From Cyanophora paradoxa CCMP329 (Eukaryota > Plantae > Glaucophyta): a stretch of 64,000 nt of DNA. A program made the position numbers and the translations under genes. The stretch is from contig QPMI01000651.1 of NCBI GenBank assembly GCA_004431415.1, positions 127,153-191,152 on the forward strand, in the 5' to 3' direction. Each line of letters starts with the position of its first letter. Positions within the stretch are counted from its first letter, which is position 1. The notes beneath the pieces are model-generated. The model had not been told where the DNA came from, made no database searches, and was given only the letters and a program-made list of their open reading frames with translations. Positions 46,014-57,037 of the stretch are shown piece after piece.

Positions 46014-46796
46014 ATGAATGATCTGGAAGAATTTAATGCTGGTGAAATGATAGAACCACCATTTCGTGTATTGGCAATCGGGAAATCAGCCACTGGTAAA
46101 TCAGAAGCTGTAAAGTATTGGTTAAAGCAGTTACATGATGCCAAAAAGATTGATGTTGTTTTAGTTGTGAGTGGAACCAGCTTCAATCATTTCTGGGATA
46201 AAGTGGCAACACTGCAACTGGGAAAATGGGATGCCCCTTACATTGCTAAATTGCTAGATGAGAGGCAAGAGAAAATAGAAAAGGGTGAGCCTGTTAACCA
46301 GTTATGTGTAGTTTTAGATGATTTAATCGATAATGAGATAGTCGATCTCACAAGGGATAAAATAATCGGATCTCTGTATTCCAGAGGTCGCCATTCGAAA
46401 ATATCCATTATCTGCATCACACAAAAGCTAAGGAAAGTCTCGTCGACTATTCGAGTTAATTCTGACTATGCTATGTTTCTCAGTGCTGCTAATCGCAAAG
46501 AACTTGAAGCCATAGAGGAAGAATACAATATAATGCGAAATAAAGAGGATTTCTACAAGATGTTTGAAGAGTATGTTCACTCCTATCAATATATCATTTG
46601 GTCCTCTGCAAACTACTCAGTTAAATACTATGTAGATAAAGCTGAGCTTGTGAAAGATTTCCCATTTCCTCGCTTCCACAGGAAGCCAAAAAAGAAAGAG
46701 GATGAACTGAAACCACCAGAAAAAGAGGAAGCCCCCAAAGAAGTGAAAAGCCAAGTCCATAGCAATAAATTGATGCGATATAAACGCGGTTTATAA
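46014..46796 (+). CDS. A32-like genome packaging ATPase
   Basis: GKSATGKS, VVLDD, RGRH..ISII..TQ, IRVN motifs. Confidence 0.92.
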   Translation: MNDLEEFNAGEMIEPPFRVLAIGKSATGKSEAVKYWLKQLHDAKKIDVVLVVSGTSFNHFWDKVATLQLGKWDAPYIAKLLDERQEKIEKGEPVNQLCVVLDDLIDNEIVDLTRDKIIGSLYSRGRHSKISIICITQKLRKVSSTIRVNSDYAMFLSAANRKELEAIEEEYNIMRNKEDFYKMFEEYVHSYQYIIWSSANYSVKYYVDKAELVKDFPFPRFHRKPKKKEDELKPPEKEEAPKEVKSQVHSNKLMRYKRGL

Positions 46797-46824
46797 AATT
46801 ATCTCTCATTCTAATAAAGATACA

Positions 46825-47559
46825 ATGCCTCCCAAACGAAAGATAGGGATTCCAGCTGGGGCTGTTGGCTATTCAGGTGGTGGAAACAATGGATCCATTA
46901 ACACAGATCCACTGAAGTTCAATGGTATGAATGAGGTAAAGCCCTCACAGCAAGAAGAGGACCCTCTTAATGCTGCCTATGAGGAATCAGTCGATGACAA
47001 AGCCCCACAAGCTTCAACCAGTGACCAACTCAACATCTCACCTGAAGCTTCGAAAATGAAAGCTGTTGCTGAGGGTGCCAGGCGAATTATTGGTGCTGCT
47101 GATGATAAAGGTTTAGGCTTGCAAGATCTGTCATTGGCTCGCAAAGGTGAAGGTCTTAGTAAGGAATCAGACAAGGTAATCCAGTCTATGGCTGGTGAAG
47201 TCACATATAAGACTGCTCCCACTCAAAATATTCATCGAATTCCCAAGGCTCAATGGGATGAGATGACTGCTAAACTCAAAGACTTGGAAGCCAAATCCAG
47301 TGCCTTGGAGCAGTATGTTACTGAGAAGAAAGAGAGAGCTAAGCTAAAGGAGATGCTTCGAAAGGAAGTTTATAAAATGGGTATTACTGGTGTCCCAGAT
47401 AAACAGTTTATTGCTAAGAAAGAGACCCAAATCGATGAGCAGGCAGTAGATGAAATGAAAACAAAGACCCAAAAGGGAACTATTGAACCTGGTGCCACCA
47501 AAGCTGAAGTAGAAAAGGGAGTAGCCCCAGCAGTATATAAAAGACGAGTTTGGCTTTAA
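46825..47559 (+). CDS. Conserved charged protein, possible core protein
   Basis: Orthologue of 22175-22906. Confidence 0.8.
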   Translation: MPPKRKIGIPAGAVGYSGGGNNGSINTDPLKFNGMNEVKPSQQEEDPLNAAYEESVDDKAPQASTSDQLNISPEASKMKAVAEGARRIIGAADDKGLGLQDLSLARKGEGLSKESDKVIQSMAGEVTYKTAPTQNIHRIPKAQWDEMTAKLKDLEAKSSALEQYVTEKKERAKLKEMLRKEVYKMGITGVPDKQFIAKKETQIDEQAVDEMKTKTQKGTIEPGATKAEVEKGVAPAVYKRRVWL

Positions 47560-47581
47560 TTATCTCTGTTTTATTAGAGAT

Positions 47582-47863
47582 ATGGACATAATACGAAAGT
47601 TCTTCGAGATGTTCAGTCTGCATGTGGTGAGCAATTGCCACAGTGGATGTTGTGAGACAACAGTGGAGTTTGAGATGTCAGATAATGAGGATAATGCCTC
47701 AGAAGCAAGAGAGAGAAGGAGGTCTACAGTTTCTGTGGAGTCAATGCCAACAGACCCCACAGAGTATACATATGAGCAACAGGAGCAACAGGAGTATCCA
47801 AGGAGAAGTTCTCTGCCAGCAGAAAACGTTTTCTCTGGGAATATAAATGGAGGACACTATTAG
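47582..47863 (+). CDS. Small Cys-cluster protein
   Basis: NCHSGCC; orthologue of 22933-23151. Confidence 0.7.
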   Translation: MDIIRKFFEMFSLHVVSNCHSGCCETTVEFEMSDNEDNASEARERRRSTVSVESMPTDPTEYTYEQQEQQEYPRRSSLPAENVFSGNINGGHY

Positions 47864-48092
47864 TTTAATCGAGTTTACCAGTGATGAACCTCTTACTGAG
47901 GGTTCTATTAGACACATTCTAGCAATGCAGAAACGATATAGAGACGACCCAGCATATAGAGAGTATAAGAAGCAACAAGCCCTGGCATCCTATTATCGCA
48001 GAAAAGCCCAAAAAGAGGAGCAGAGACCCAGAGGAAGACCGATTAAATATTATTTGCCAACTGAAAGTAGCAATGGACCCCCAGGTCTATAA
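47847..48092 (+). CDS. Small AT-hook protein
   Basis: PRGRP motif; orthologue of 23360-23596. Confidence 0.75.
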   Translation: MEDTISLIEFTSDEPLTEGSIRHILAMQKRYRDDPAYREYKKQQALASYYRRKAQKEEQRPRGRPIKYYLPTESSNGPPGL

Positions 48093-48179
48093 GATAATTG
48101 AGAAAAAGCGGTCTCAGTATGCAACTGAGGCAGCTATAAAAATATATACAAAGGAATTGGCTTTATACTTGCAATCAAG

Positions 48180-48476
48180 TCACAGATAACTTTTGTAAAT
48201 ATGCTTTTGTTGTTTTTTGTTTGCATTCTCAGACACTGAAACAGTTATGTGAATGTTTACTGATCTATTTCTCTTTGATTTTGCTGCATACACATTGTAA
48301 CCTATCAATCTCTGTGACATTTCGATATATGCCCCTATATCTCCATGTTTAATGCATTTATCTAACTCAATCATGGTCATTTCTTCAAGAGCCTTTGCCA
48401 TTTTGTCTTCACTATACACAATCAAGTAAGCTTTAAGTATTCTTGTCAAATTTTGGTCTTTTTCGATAGGTGTCAC
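48180..48476 (-). CDS. Small hypothetical protein (start uncertain)
   Basis: Positional and weak sequence counterpart of 26363-26521. Confidence 0.45.
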   Translation of the reverse strand: MTPIEKDQNLTRILKAYLIVYSEDKMAKALEEMTMIELDKCIKHGDIGAYIEMSQRLIGYNVYAAKSKRNRSVNIHITVSVSENANKKQQKHIYKSYL

Positions 48477-48560
48477 AGGTGTTCACAGGTTTTTATCGTC
48501 CCCTGGTCATTTTTCTTTTTATAGCCCCCTAGATGGGATGGACCTGTGACACCTGTGAAC
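48470..48560. promoter_or_regulatory. Iteron hairpin (GTGTCACAG type) downstream of the primase-helicase of B
   Basis: gtgtcacaggtgttcacaggttt...gggatggacctgtgacacctgtgaac, same arms as the hairpins in the B TIRs. Confidence 0.6.
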
Positions 48561-48621
48561 AACACCATTTCCAGTAAGGCTATAAAAAATACATATACAT
48601 TTCAATCATAAATCGTTTTGT

Positions 48622-50949
48622 TTAATATTCAACATCCTCTCCATTGTCTTCTTGAACCCTTGTTATCTTTCGAAGTCCAATGTAGCCCCTTGCTCTGGTT
48701 CCCTGAATTCGTTTAACCTCTGATTTCACATTGAAGATTTCCCTTACTCTCTTCATCACAGAAACACATTCAACTTTATCATCGACACTTCTGTATGATT
48801 TGTAAATGATATCACTCGAAACAAAGTCGTTTGCATTATGGGTAACTTCGAAATTATCCCTAAGCCATTCACCAATCTTATCATTTTCAGCTATAAAGTT
48901 TATTCCCTGTTCAATAATCGATTGAGGGGGATTTCTTAAGATCTCTTCAACCTCTTTGTTCTTCCACATATCCAGTAATATCTTCATGTGAGCCATCTTA
49001 TACTCATCATCATTGTGTAGAAGTGTGAACAGTGTTGGGTCAGCTTTCTTCTGACCAGCTTCAGGCTTCTCTCTGAATATATTATTGAATCTCTGGTATG
49101 AAAGTCTTCTTTGAATTGCAAAGTCTGGTTTATTTATAGTCAAATTGTCATTAGTTGTAATGTAAACCTGGAACATTGGAGTGAGGATTACTGGGTCTTT
49201 GAACAAGGCTCTCACAGTCATTTCATTTCCACCTGTGACCTCCTTAATTTTGGAGATCTGCAGTTTATCACCATCTTCAGCCTCATTACTGAATACAAGT
49301 CGCTTTCCAAGGAGTTTGGCAAGTTCAGGAGTAGCATCTGATGAGTTCTTTTTAGGTTTGGTCCAATAGGATATTTCGAGAGGGCTATAATAAGCCCCTG
49401 AAATCTGTTTGCAGTATTCCTGAACAAGTGATTTACCATTTGCACCAGCACCAGTCCACATGTAGAACTTCTGTGATTTTGTTGATCCACTGAGGGCAAT
49501 TGCAATAGATGCCAGAAGGTAGTTTCGCTCTGCTGGATCATCTACAATCTCTCTATAAATCTGATTGAGATGGTCTACTTTCTTGGGGTCTACATTCTCA
49601 GTATAATCATAACCCACACTCTTGCTCACCATATCTTCCAGTTTCCCCTTTCTGAAAGTCATAGTTGTCAGATCAAATACACCATTATCGAATCCAATTA
49701 CATATGGAACTGTATCAATCTTTTCATAGAATTCATCATCATTCAGCAGAGGGAGCAGATCAGTCAGAAGGGATTTGCGATATCCTGATTGTTTAAGATT
49801 TTTGGCAATAGAAATTAATGTTTTCGATTTCTCTTCGAAAGCTGTTCTATTCTCTTCATCCTTCAAAGCTCTTTGGCTATAATGCACAGCCCTGCCAAGG
49901 TATTGAGGGACAACAAGGCAACTTATGTCTAGGTAAATCTTTTGGTTTGTGTCATCATGCTCCCAAATCCCAGTATCAGTATTGAGTTTGAACCATGACT
50001 TTTTGGAGTATCTCCAAGTATGTTGTAGTACCTCTTTGCACACAAGACTGACATCATAATGAGCGCCTCCAGAACCAGCGGACTTATCAATGAGATTGAA
50101 GATATCAGATTGCATTCCAATGAAGATAAATCGTTTTTTGCAATTGCCACTGTAGCTGGACACAATATACTTTTTATCTTCTCCTTTGGCTTTCATAACA
50201 TACCAGTTATTCGATTCATGGGACCCATTGCAGCATGGGCAATTAAGTCCCTTATTAGCAGCATCAAAGTTAAAGCCCAGTTCAGTTTGAGAGATTATAT
50301 TGGGATGCATAAAGCCCATATCCACCAGCTCTTTAAGAATACTCTTTTCCAATGCATCATGTGAGGTAGCATTAGCAGTATACTCACTCTTATAGATATA
50401 GTTCTCTGCAATCCACTTTTTAAACTCATCAGTAGGCTCATTGAAATCACAGGTATCATCCCATGGAGCAATTACCCAGGTCTTGTTGACACTGGGACAA
50501 ACATTAATTAATCCAGAAGTTCCAGTTCCAGTGATTGTTTTCAGGTCAACCTTTTCAAAGCCTTTAAAGCCTGGAGCCTTATCGGTGATTTTGAGTTTAG
50601 TGAACTCCTCAGGTCGTTTAAAGTAGACATGATAGCCTTTTTTAGTTTTTGCCATGGGCTGATTGGCATCAAAGTCATCAGGAAACATATCCCGGAATTT
50701 CTCAAAGTTCTCCTCATCATCAAAGTCAATAACCATCATGTTGTCTGAGAGCAGAATGCCCCAAGATACATACTGATTAGTTGCCAGCGCTTCCTCATAC
50801 TTTTCCCAGGACCAAGCACCTCCCTTATGCTTGAAAACAGGGTCTTTGCTGTCAGGTTTCACTGGGATAATCATGTTTTTGGCTAGATCCTCATCAGATC
50901 TGAGCCAGTTAGCGAGCGATTTGAGCGATTTAGTCTGTTTGGCGTTCAT
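48622..50949 (-). CDS. Prim-Pol / D5-like SF3 primase-helicase, element B
   Basis: Intact 775 aa; VIDFD, TKKGYHVYF, GFDNGVFDL, GAGANGKS, RRL. Confidence 0.93.
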   Translation of the reverse strand: MNAKQTKSLKSLANWLRSDEDLAKNMIIPVKPDSKDPVFKHKGGAWSWEKYEEALATNQYVSWGILLSDNMMVIDFDDEENFEKFRDMFPDDFDANQPMAKTKKGYHVYFKRPEEFTKLKITDKAPGFKGFEKVDLKTITGTGTSGLINVCPSVNKTWVIAPWDDTCDFNEPTDEFKKWIAENYIYKSEYTANATSHDALEKSILKELVDMGFMHPNIISQTELGFNFDAANKGLNCPCCNGSHESNNWYVMKAKGEDKKYIVSSYSGNCKKRFIFIGMQSDIFNLIDKSAGSGGAHYDVSLVCKEVLQHTWRYSKKSWFKLNTDTGIWEHDDTNQKIYLDISCLVVPQYLGRAVHYSQRALKDEENRTAFEEKSKTLISIAKNLKQSGYRKSLLTDLLPLLNDDEFYEKIDTVPYVIGFDNGVFDLTTMTFRKGKLEDMVSKSVGYDYTENVDPKKVDHLNQIYREIVDDPAERNYLLASIAIALSGSTKSQKFYMWTGAGANGKSLVQEYCKQISGAYYSPLEISYWTKPKKNSSDATPELAKLLGKRLVFSNEAEDGDKLQISKIKEVTGGNEMTVRALFKDPVILTPMFQVYITTNDNLTINKPDFAIQRRLSYQRFNNIFREKPEAGQKKADPTLFTLLHNDDEYKMAHMKILLDMWKNKEVEEILRNPPQSIIEQGINFIAENDKIGEWLRDNFEVTHNANDFVSSDIIYKSYRSVDDKVECVSVMKRVREIFNVKSEVKRIQGTRARGYIGLRKITRVQEDNGEDVEY

Positions 50950-51162
50950 TTTCAGCGATTGGGGGTCCCTTTTATATATATAGAAGATTTTTCTTTAAGT
51001 AGTTTTGGGTCCCCCAATCATTTTTTGTTGGAAATCGAGAAAGTTTCCCTACGAAATATTTCCACACGACTTATCGAGTGGTTTAGATACAAAAAGGATG
51101 AATGGGTATTTCAGCGAATAAACAGCATATCCCCAGCCTAGTAATATGCTGGGAAAAATAAT

Positions 51163-51417
51163 TTAGACATGTTTCGATTTTCTCCCTCTGTTTGAGTAAG
51201 GGACATCATACAAATACTTGACAAAGCAGACTGCATTGGCTGCATACTTTCGCTGACATGAACTTGCAATTTTCATTGCTCTATAGGTATCATCTGTTTG
51301 ATATAGATCTCTAAGCTGTGTGGCTATTTTTTCGTTAAACTTTTTGATTTGAGCCTTACCTTTTTCAGTTTGCTGGTACCTCTTCATAGCTCTCTTCTGG
51401 GCTTCACTGAGTGGCAT
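51163..51417 (-). CDS. Small basic protein
   Basis: MPLSEAQKRAMKRYQQTEKGK; preceded by the shared early-type motif. Confidence 0.65.
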   Translation of the reverse strand: MPLSEAQKRAMKRYQQTEKGKAQIKKFNEKIATQLRDLYQTDDTYRAMKIASSCQRKYAANAVCFVKYLYDVPYSNRGRKSKHV

Positions 51418-51473
51418 TTTTCCTCTGTCTCTCTTAATATATATAGAGAATTCTTTAAATCATTTTTTGTTCT

Positions 51474-52292
51474 TTAACCTCTCTGTCCAAATCTCTCAAT
51501 ATACATAAGTTTGAAATGCTTACCTAGCAATGCTACAAATGGTTCGATTTCCAAGGTCTCCCATGTTTTCTTGTCCTTATTCCATCTGCAATCTAATCCT
51601 TTTGCGATATCTTTTTTAAGAAAAGGCACCTGAAACCCAGCAACCAATGTGTTTGTTGTACTGAGTTCTGCGTACATTTCAATCAATGCAGATCTACCCT
51701 CTCTGAACCTCTCTATATCATCTCTGCGAAGATTATCCATTTTTGGAATGAACTGGTTGCACCAAATCAGGAAAAGATTAACTGCATGTCTATTCCTTGC
51801 TCTTTCTTGTTCTAATTCTCTCTGCCTTCGCTCTCTTTCTTCTAATTCAAGTTGTTTCTTTCGCTCCTCTGCTTCTTTCTGGATTTGCTTTTTTCTTTCC
51901 AATTCCTCCTCCTTTATGATAATCCTGCACTTATTGCAGAAATTATCCTTACGGTTTTTATGTCGATCTCCGCATTTCTTGCATATATCTTCCCTCCTTG
52001 CACCATTTGGCATAAATCGTTTAATGCAGCAGTTGCCAACAAGAACCACAATCTTTTTATCCACATGCAAGATGTAGCATTGTTCTTCAATATGATGCTT
52101 GCAAGCACAGCTGTTTGAGTGTGGAGGAAGGCTTTCGTGAGTCAAATCATACTTTGCAAGTTTCAAATACAAAGAGTTCATATATTTGCTTCTCCCCAAA
52201 GCGACAAAGTCTTTAAAGTTATTAGATCCACAAAGAAACATTAATGTAGCCTTCAAGCGTTCCAGAGAAGATGTTGCTTTGTTCTCTGCCAT
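51474..52292 (-). CDS. Zn-finger / coiled-coil protein with DUF5710-like C-terminus
   Basis: CACKHHI...VGNCCIKRF, CKKC...CNKC, VPFLKKDIAKGLDCRWNKDKKTW. Confidence 0.75.
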   Translation of the reverse strand: MAENKATSSLERLKATLMFLCGSNNFKDFVALGRSKYMNSLYLKLAKYDLTHESLPPHSNSCACKHHIEEQCYILHVDKKIVVLVGNCCIKRFMPNGARREDICKKCGDRHKNRKDNFCNKCRIIIKEEELERKKQIQKEAEERKKQLELEERERRQRELEQERARNRHAVNLFLIWCNQFIPKMDNLRRDDIERFREGRSALIEMYAELSTTNTLVAGFQVPFLKKDIAKGLDCRWNKDKKTWETLEIEPFVALLGKHFKLMYIERFGQRG

Positions 52293-52403
52293 TGTCCTTT
52301 TATATATATAGAAGATATTTCTTTAAGTAGTTTTCATCAAATTTTTGCGTTCGGAATATCCCCATTTAAAACCTCCCCTTTTAGTAGGAACAAGTTAGGA
52401 ACT

Positions 52404-55400
52404 ATGCCCCGAATTAGCAACAGACTCATTAGAGAGAAGAAATGGGAACTCATGGGATTACTGGGAACACTGTATGCAGCCCATGAAATTACAGAGGCTG
52501 AATATGACCGGGAAATCGGATTTATTTCAAGGGGCAGACCCACTTTAGCGAAATTAACCAGAAAAGCCAATAACCTCTATGATAAAGTTGAAACTCTTGA
52601 TGAACTCGATCGCCTGAGGCAAATAGAACCAGAGGCAGAAGATGGTACAGCAATGAATGAATTATATCGCTGGCTCACTTACAGAGCCAGAAGGGAAGTT
52701 GTTGTTGATGTGATTGAATATTTAGATAGAATTGCAACCTCTCTACCAAAACGTTTAAGAGACAGTCTAGATCAATTCAGGGCAATCAAAGTTCGCTTAT
52801 CGTTTATCTGCAAGTTCGTAAAAGTCAGCAATCCACAGGTTTGGATATCGAAATACATTTACAGCGATTATTTTGTATTAACCAAATCGAGAAATATTCG
52901 AACTGAGCTGAATAAAGCAGCCCAAATGTGTCAGGAGCAGATGAATGTTGTTGATAGCTATCGATTGGAGAGAATCGAAATGCTCAGAGTTGCTATTATG
53001 AGTTATGCCCCAACTGGTGGTTGCTATGTTAAAACACCTGATTCAATTGCAGCCAAGAGAGCCACAGTGAATATTCGAAATATTGATGATTCTTGCTTCG
53101 AAAATGCAGTTTTGGCATGGATCCATAGGAAAGATGTGAATTCCCACAAGAGAAGTGAGCTAACACAATATCGCAAATGGAAATACTCACCAACTACATA
53201 CAATCCTCTGGCTCTCAATTTCGATAACATCCCATTCCCTGTTCCCTGTGATGCTGAAATCATTGATAAATTCGAATCTCAAAATGCAGGCATCAGCATA
53301 AACATATTTGGAATGGATCGAGATGTTATATATCCCCTACATCAATCCAGCAACCCAGGCAGAAAGCAAAAGATTAATCTCATGCTCATTCATGATGATG
53401 AAGGGAATGGTCACTATATTACAATCATGTCCCTTTCAAGACTTCTCAGAGTTGCCCTTGATAAAACCAAGGATCAAAAGTTACACTACTGTGACACATG
53501 CTTATCTCGATTCAGGTCTGAGGCTAAACTCACTGCTCATGTGGACTCAAACAGATGCATTGATTGGAGACTCTCAAAGGGAATCACTCCTAAGCCTGAG
53601 ACCACCATAGAGTTTGGACTGAAAAACCTCAGGAAAACTGTGTGGCTTCCTGTTGTGGTATACTGCAAGATTGAACATAGAAGCATCCCCATTGATGCAT
53701 CAAAATCCAAGAGAGAAGTCTCAGCAGTCAACCTGAGAGTAGTCACTGGGGCAGATGTTCAGGAGTTTCGATTTGAGGGTCAGGATCCAATGGGAGGTCT
53801 CTTTGAATGCTTGGAGTCCAAAGCAAGAGAACTAATCGATTTTCTGTTTACCAATATTCCAATGAATGAACTCACAGATGAGCAAAAGGCTGTTTACAGG
53901 GCTACCAAACACTGTTACCTTTGCAGTGAGAGGTTCACTAAGGAAAACTTCAAATGCAGGGATCATGATCACCACACAGGTCATTACATTGCCCCTGCAT
54001 GCAGAAACTGCAATCTCCATAGGAGAATCTCAAAGCAAACCAAAGTTGCAGTTGTTGTTGATCAAATGGATGACTGTGGGACATTCATTTTCAGAAAAAT
54101 AGCAGGCATGGGTGATAAAAAGCGAATCGAAATCCTTTCGAAAAACTTTGATCAATATCTTTCATTGCAATGGGGTCTTTACAAGTTCATTGATGCAAGC
54201 AATTTCATGGATTTCGGAGCTGCTGATGTAAATGAATTAATGAACAAATTCCAGGCTTTTAGAAGGCTTTCACACTCAGTATATGGACTTGACCCAGTTC
54301 ATTATGTATCTGCACCTGGGCTATCTTGGGATGCTATGTTAAGGACCACCAAGGCAAAAATAGAACTCATCAGTGATGTAGAGCAATATGAATTTGTTGA
54401 GAGGGGAATCAGGGGTGGCTTTGCAACAATGCCTTGTAGGTATGCTGAGGCTGATGGTGAGAACTCCCATATTATGCTGTTTGATGCTAACAACTTGTAT
54501 GGCTACTGCTTGAGTCAGCCTATTCCAGTTGGTGATTTTAGATGGGAGACCGAATTCAACCCACAAGATAACAGATCCAGTTTCCTGGAAGTTGATCTGG
54601 ATTACCCAATTAGGCTGTTTCTAGATCACAGTGATTTCCCCCTAATTATAAACAAGAAAATAGTAGAATATGCAGAATTATCACAATATCAAAAGAGCCT
54701 ATTGGATCTCTCAGGAGAAGAGCTTGATAAGACCCCTAAGCTAACTGCAACCTTTGGTTCTGTGACAAACTATGTGATTTCTGAGCCTCTTCTACAGTAT
54801 ATTCTGACCAAAGGTGTGAAACTAAAGAAGGTTCACAGGGTCCTATCATTTACTGTGGCTCCTGTAATGAAACCCTACATTGAGCTGAACACTGATATGA
54901 GAAGGAAAGCAGTGAATAAATTCGAGGCTGATTTCTATAAACTCATGAATAACTCAATCTATGGGAAATGCATTGAATCATGTAGAGGTAGATCTGTGGT
55001 TAAGATTGCCAACAGTGAGAAACTGTTTATGAAATATGCAGCCTCTCCTTTAGTGAAATCAACAAGTCCCATAAGTGAAAGGGCAGTTGCCTTTGAGTTT
55101 TACACAAAGCATGTGAAGCTAGATAAGCCTGTTGCAATTGGGGCTTATGTTTTGGATACTGCCAAACTGCATAACTACAAGTTCTTCTATGATACTGTAA
55201 GGTCCCAGTGGGCAAAAGCAAAGTTACATTCCATGATACTGATTCCTTTTGTCTATATATCGAATCTCAGACCCTCCAAAAAGACCTAGAGAATATATCC
55301 TTTAATCTGGACTTAGGGGGATCTAACAGAATGACCCCAGGTAAATACAAAAATGAGATGCCAGGTTCTGCTATATTGGAGTATGTAGGTCTGAGAGCCA

Positions 55401-55648
55401 AAGTTTACAGTTTCAGAACTGCTGAGATTGAGAGAAGTAAGCTATCTGGGACTTCCACTGAGGAACTCCAATTCAATGATTTTAAGGAGTGTTTATTTGC
55501 AGGTATCAGCAAGACTGTGACTGCAAAGCAGAAAAGAAGGGCAGATCACACAATAATAGATACTGTGAGTAGAAGGGTTGCCCTAAACTGCTTTGATGCA
55601 AAGAGATACATCTTACCAGATGGTATTAATTCTGTTCCTTTTAATTAA
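52404..55648 (+). CDS. Polinton-type protein-primed family B DNA polymerase, element B (1-nt shift near 55228)
   Basis: Same motifs as 26564-29845; HDTDS lies in the second ORF piece. Confidence 0.93.
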
Positions 55649-55651
55649 GAG

Positions 55652-57037
55652 ATGCCAGCAACTGGAAGAATAGTAAGGAGAACCACTGAGCAACTACAAG
55701 GTAACCTACTGCCTATCACAGTTCCCAAGGAGGAAAAGGGAGAATCTCGAATTGTAAAAAAGTCAGAGATGAAAGAGCTTGTCCCAGTAGAGATCCCAGT
55801 TGCTATTGCAGTGAAAGAAACCAGCAAGATTGCCAAGAGATTCTATGATGTGAGAACTGGTTACAAAGGGCTTCAAGCTATGAGGGCTGAGTTACCTGAT
55901 GAATCCTATAAGCAGTTGCAAGAGTTCTATAAAAAACAAGAAGTTGTTCAGATCAATGCACCTGCTATATCTAGGAAGAGAGATCCCATGGTCCCAATTA
56001 GGCAACCCCTTGATACCTATGTGATTGATTTGCTCTTTTTCCCAGCTTATAAGAAACAAAACAATGGCTATGATACCTTTATGACTGCAATGGAATCTAC
56101 ACTGAGAACTGGGTATATCATACCTATAAGGGATAAATCAGCTCTCACTACATTAGCTGCATTTAAACAGCTTGAAATGAGAGTGGCAAGACCCATAGTA
56201 AAAGTTCAATCAGATGCTGGGAGTGAATTCCAAAATCGAATATTCCAGGAGTATTTATCTAGTAAATTCATAGAACACCAAGTGAGTGGAACTGCTGACC
56301 ATAGAAGCCAAGGTCGAATTGAAGCCTTTAACAAGCAGATTAAGAGACTGATCACAAACTATTGCATAGCTAATAACACAGCTAGATTCTTTGATGTGTT
56401 AGGTGATATTGAGTATAATTACAATAATACAGTTCACTCAGCTACTAAGATGAAGCCAGGTGAAACTACAGAGGAGCATTATAGGTATATAGTAGGATTA
56501 GAAGATGAAAGATTCAAGAAATCAATAGCTTATCTTGATACCATGCAGCCTGGCATGTTTGTTAGAGTGAAAGTGGAGAAGAATCCCTTTGCTAAACAGG
56601 GTAACAATTGGTCTAGGATGGTTTACACTGTTGATAGTAGAGAAGGCTTTAAGTTTAAGCTAAAGAGTCCCACTGGAGAGATCATAGATAACAGGTTTGC
56701 TTTCCATGAGCTGTTGCCTGTGAATGCAGTTGAGTATCTGGAAACCCCTACAGTGGATGCCTTAGAGCAAGCTAAAGAGGAAGCTAGGGTTGATGCTGCT
56801 ATAAGAAGAGAGGGTATAGAAGCTTCTAATGAAGTCCCAGATAAGCCTTTGATAGAGGCTAGAAAGGAGAAGGCTGGCAAAGTTAACAGGGAACTCAAAA
56901 AGCTCACTATAGCAGGAACACAGAAACTTTCAGAAGTGAATAGCCAGAGATGGTATAATGACTTTCAGACTACTAAGGAGTCATATACAGCCCCTAAACC
57001 TCAAAGAACACTAAGAGAAAGGACCAAAACTAGCTAG
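55652..57037 (+). CDS. rve (DDE) integrase, intact
   Basis: IDL, SDAGSEF, IEAFNK, YNNTVHS, followed by an SH3-like GMFVRV...NWS..VYTV region. Confidence 0.95.
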   Translation: MPATGRIVRRTTEQLQGNLLPITVPKEEKGESRIVKKSEMKELVPVEIPVAIAVKETSKIAKRFYDVRTGYKGLQAMRAELPDESYKQLQEFYKKQEVVQINAPAISRKRDPMVPIRQPLDTYVIDLLFFPAYKKQNNGYDTFMTAMESTLRTGYIIPIRDKSALTTLAAFKQLEMRVARPIVKVQSDAGSEFQNRIFQEYLSSKFIEHQVSGTADHRSQGRIEAFNKQIKRLITNYCIANNTARFFDVLGDIEYNYNNTVHSATKMKPGETTEEHYRYIVGLEDERFKKSIAYLDTMQPGMFVRVKVEKNPFAKQGNNWSRMVYTVDSREGFKFKLKSPTGEIIDNRFAFHELLPVNAVEYLETPTVDALEQAKEEARVDAAIRREGIEASNEVPDKPLIEARKEKAGKVNRELKKLTIAGTQKLSEVNSQRWYNDFQTTKESYTAPKPQRTLRERTKTS

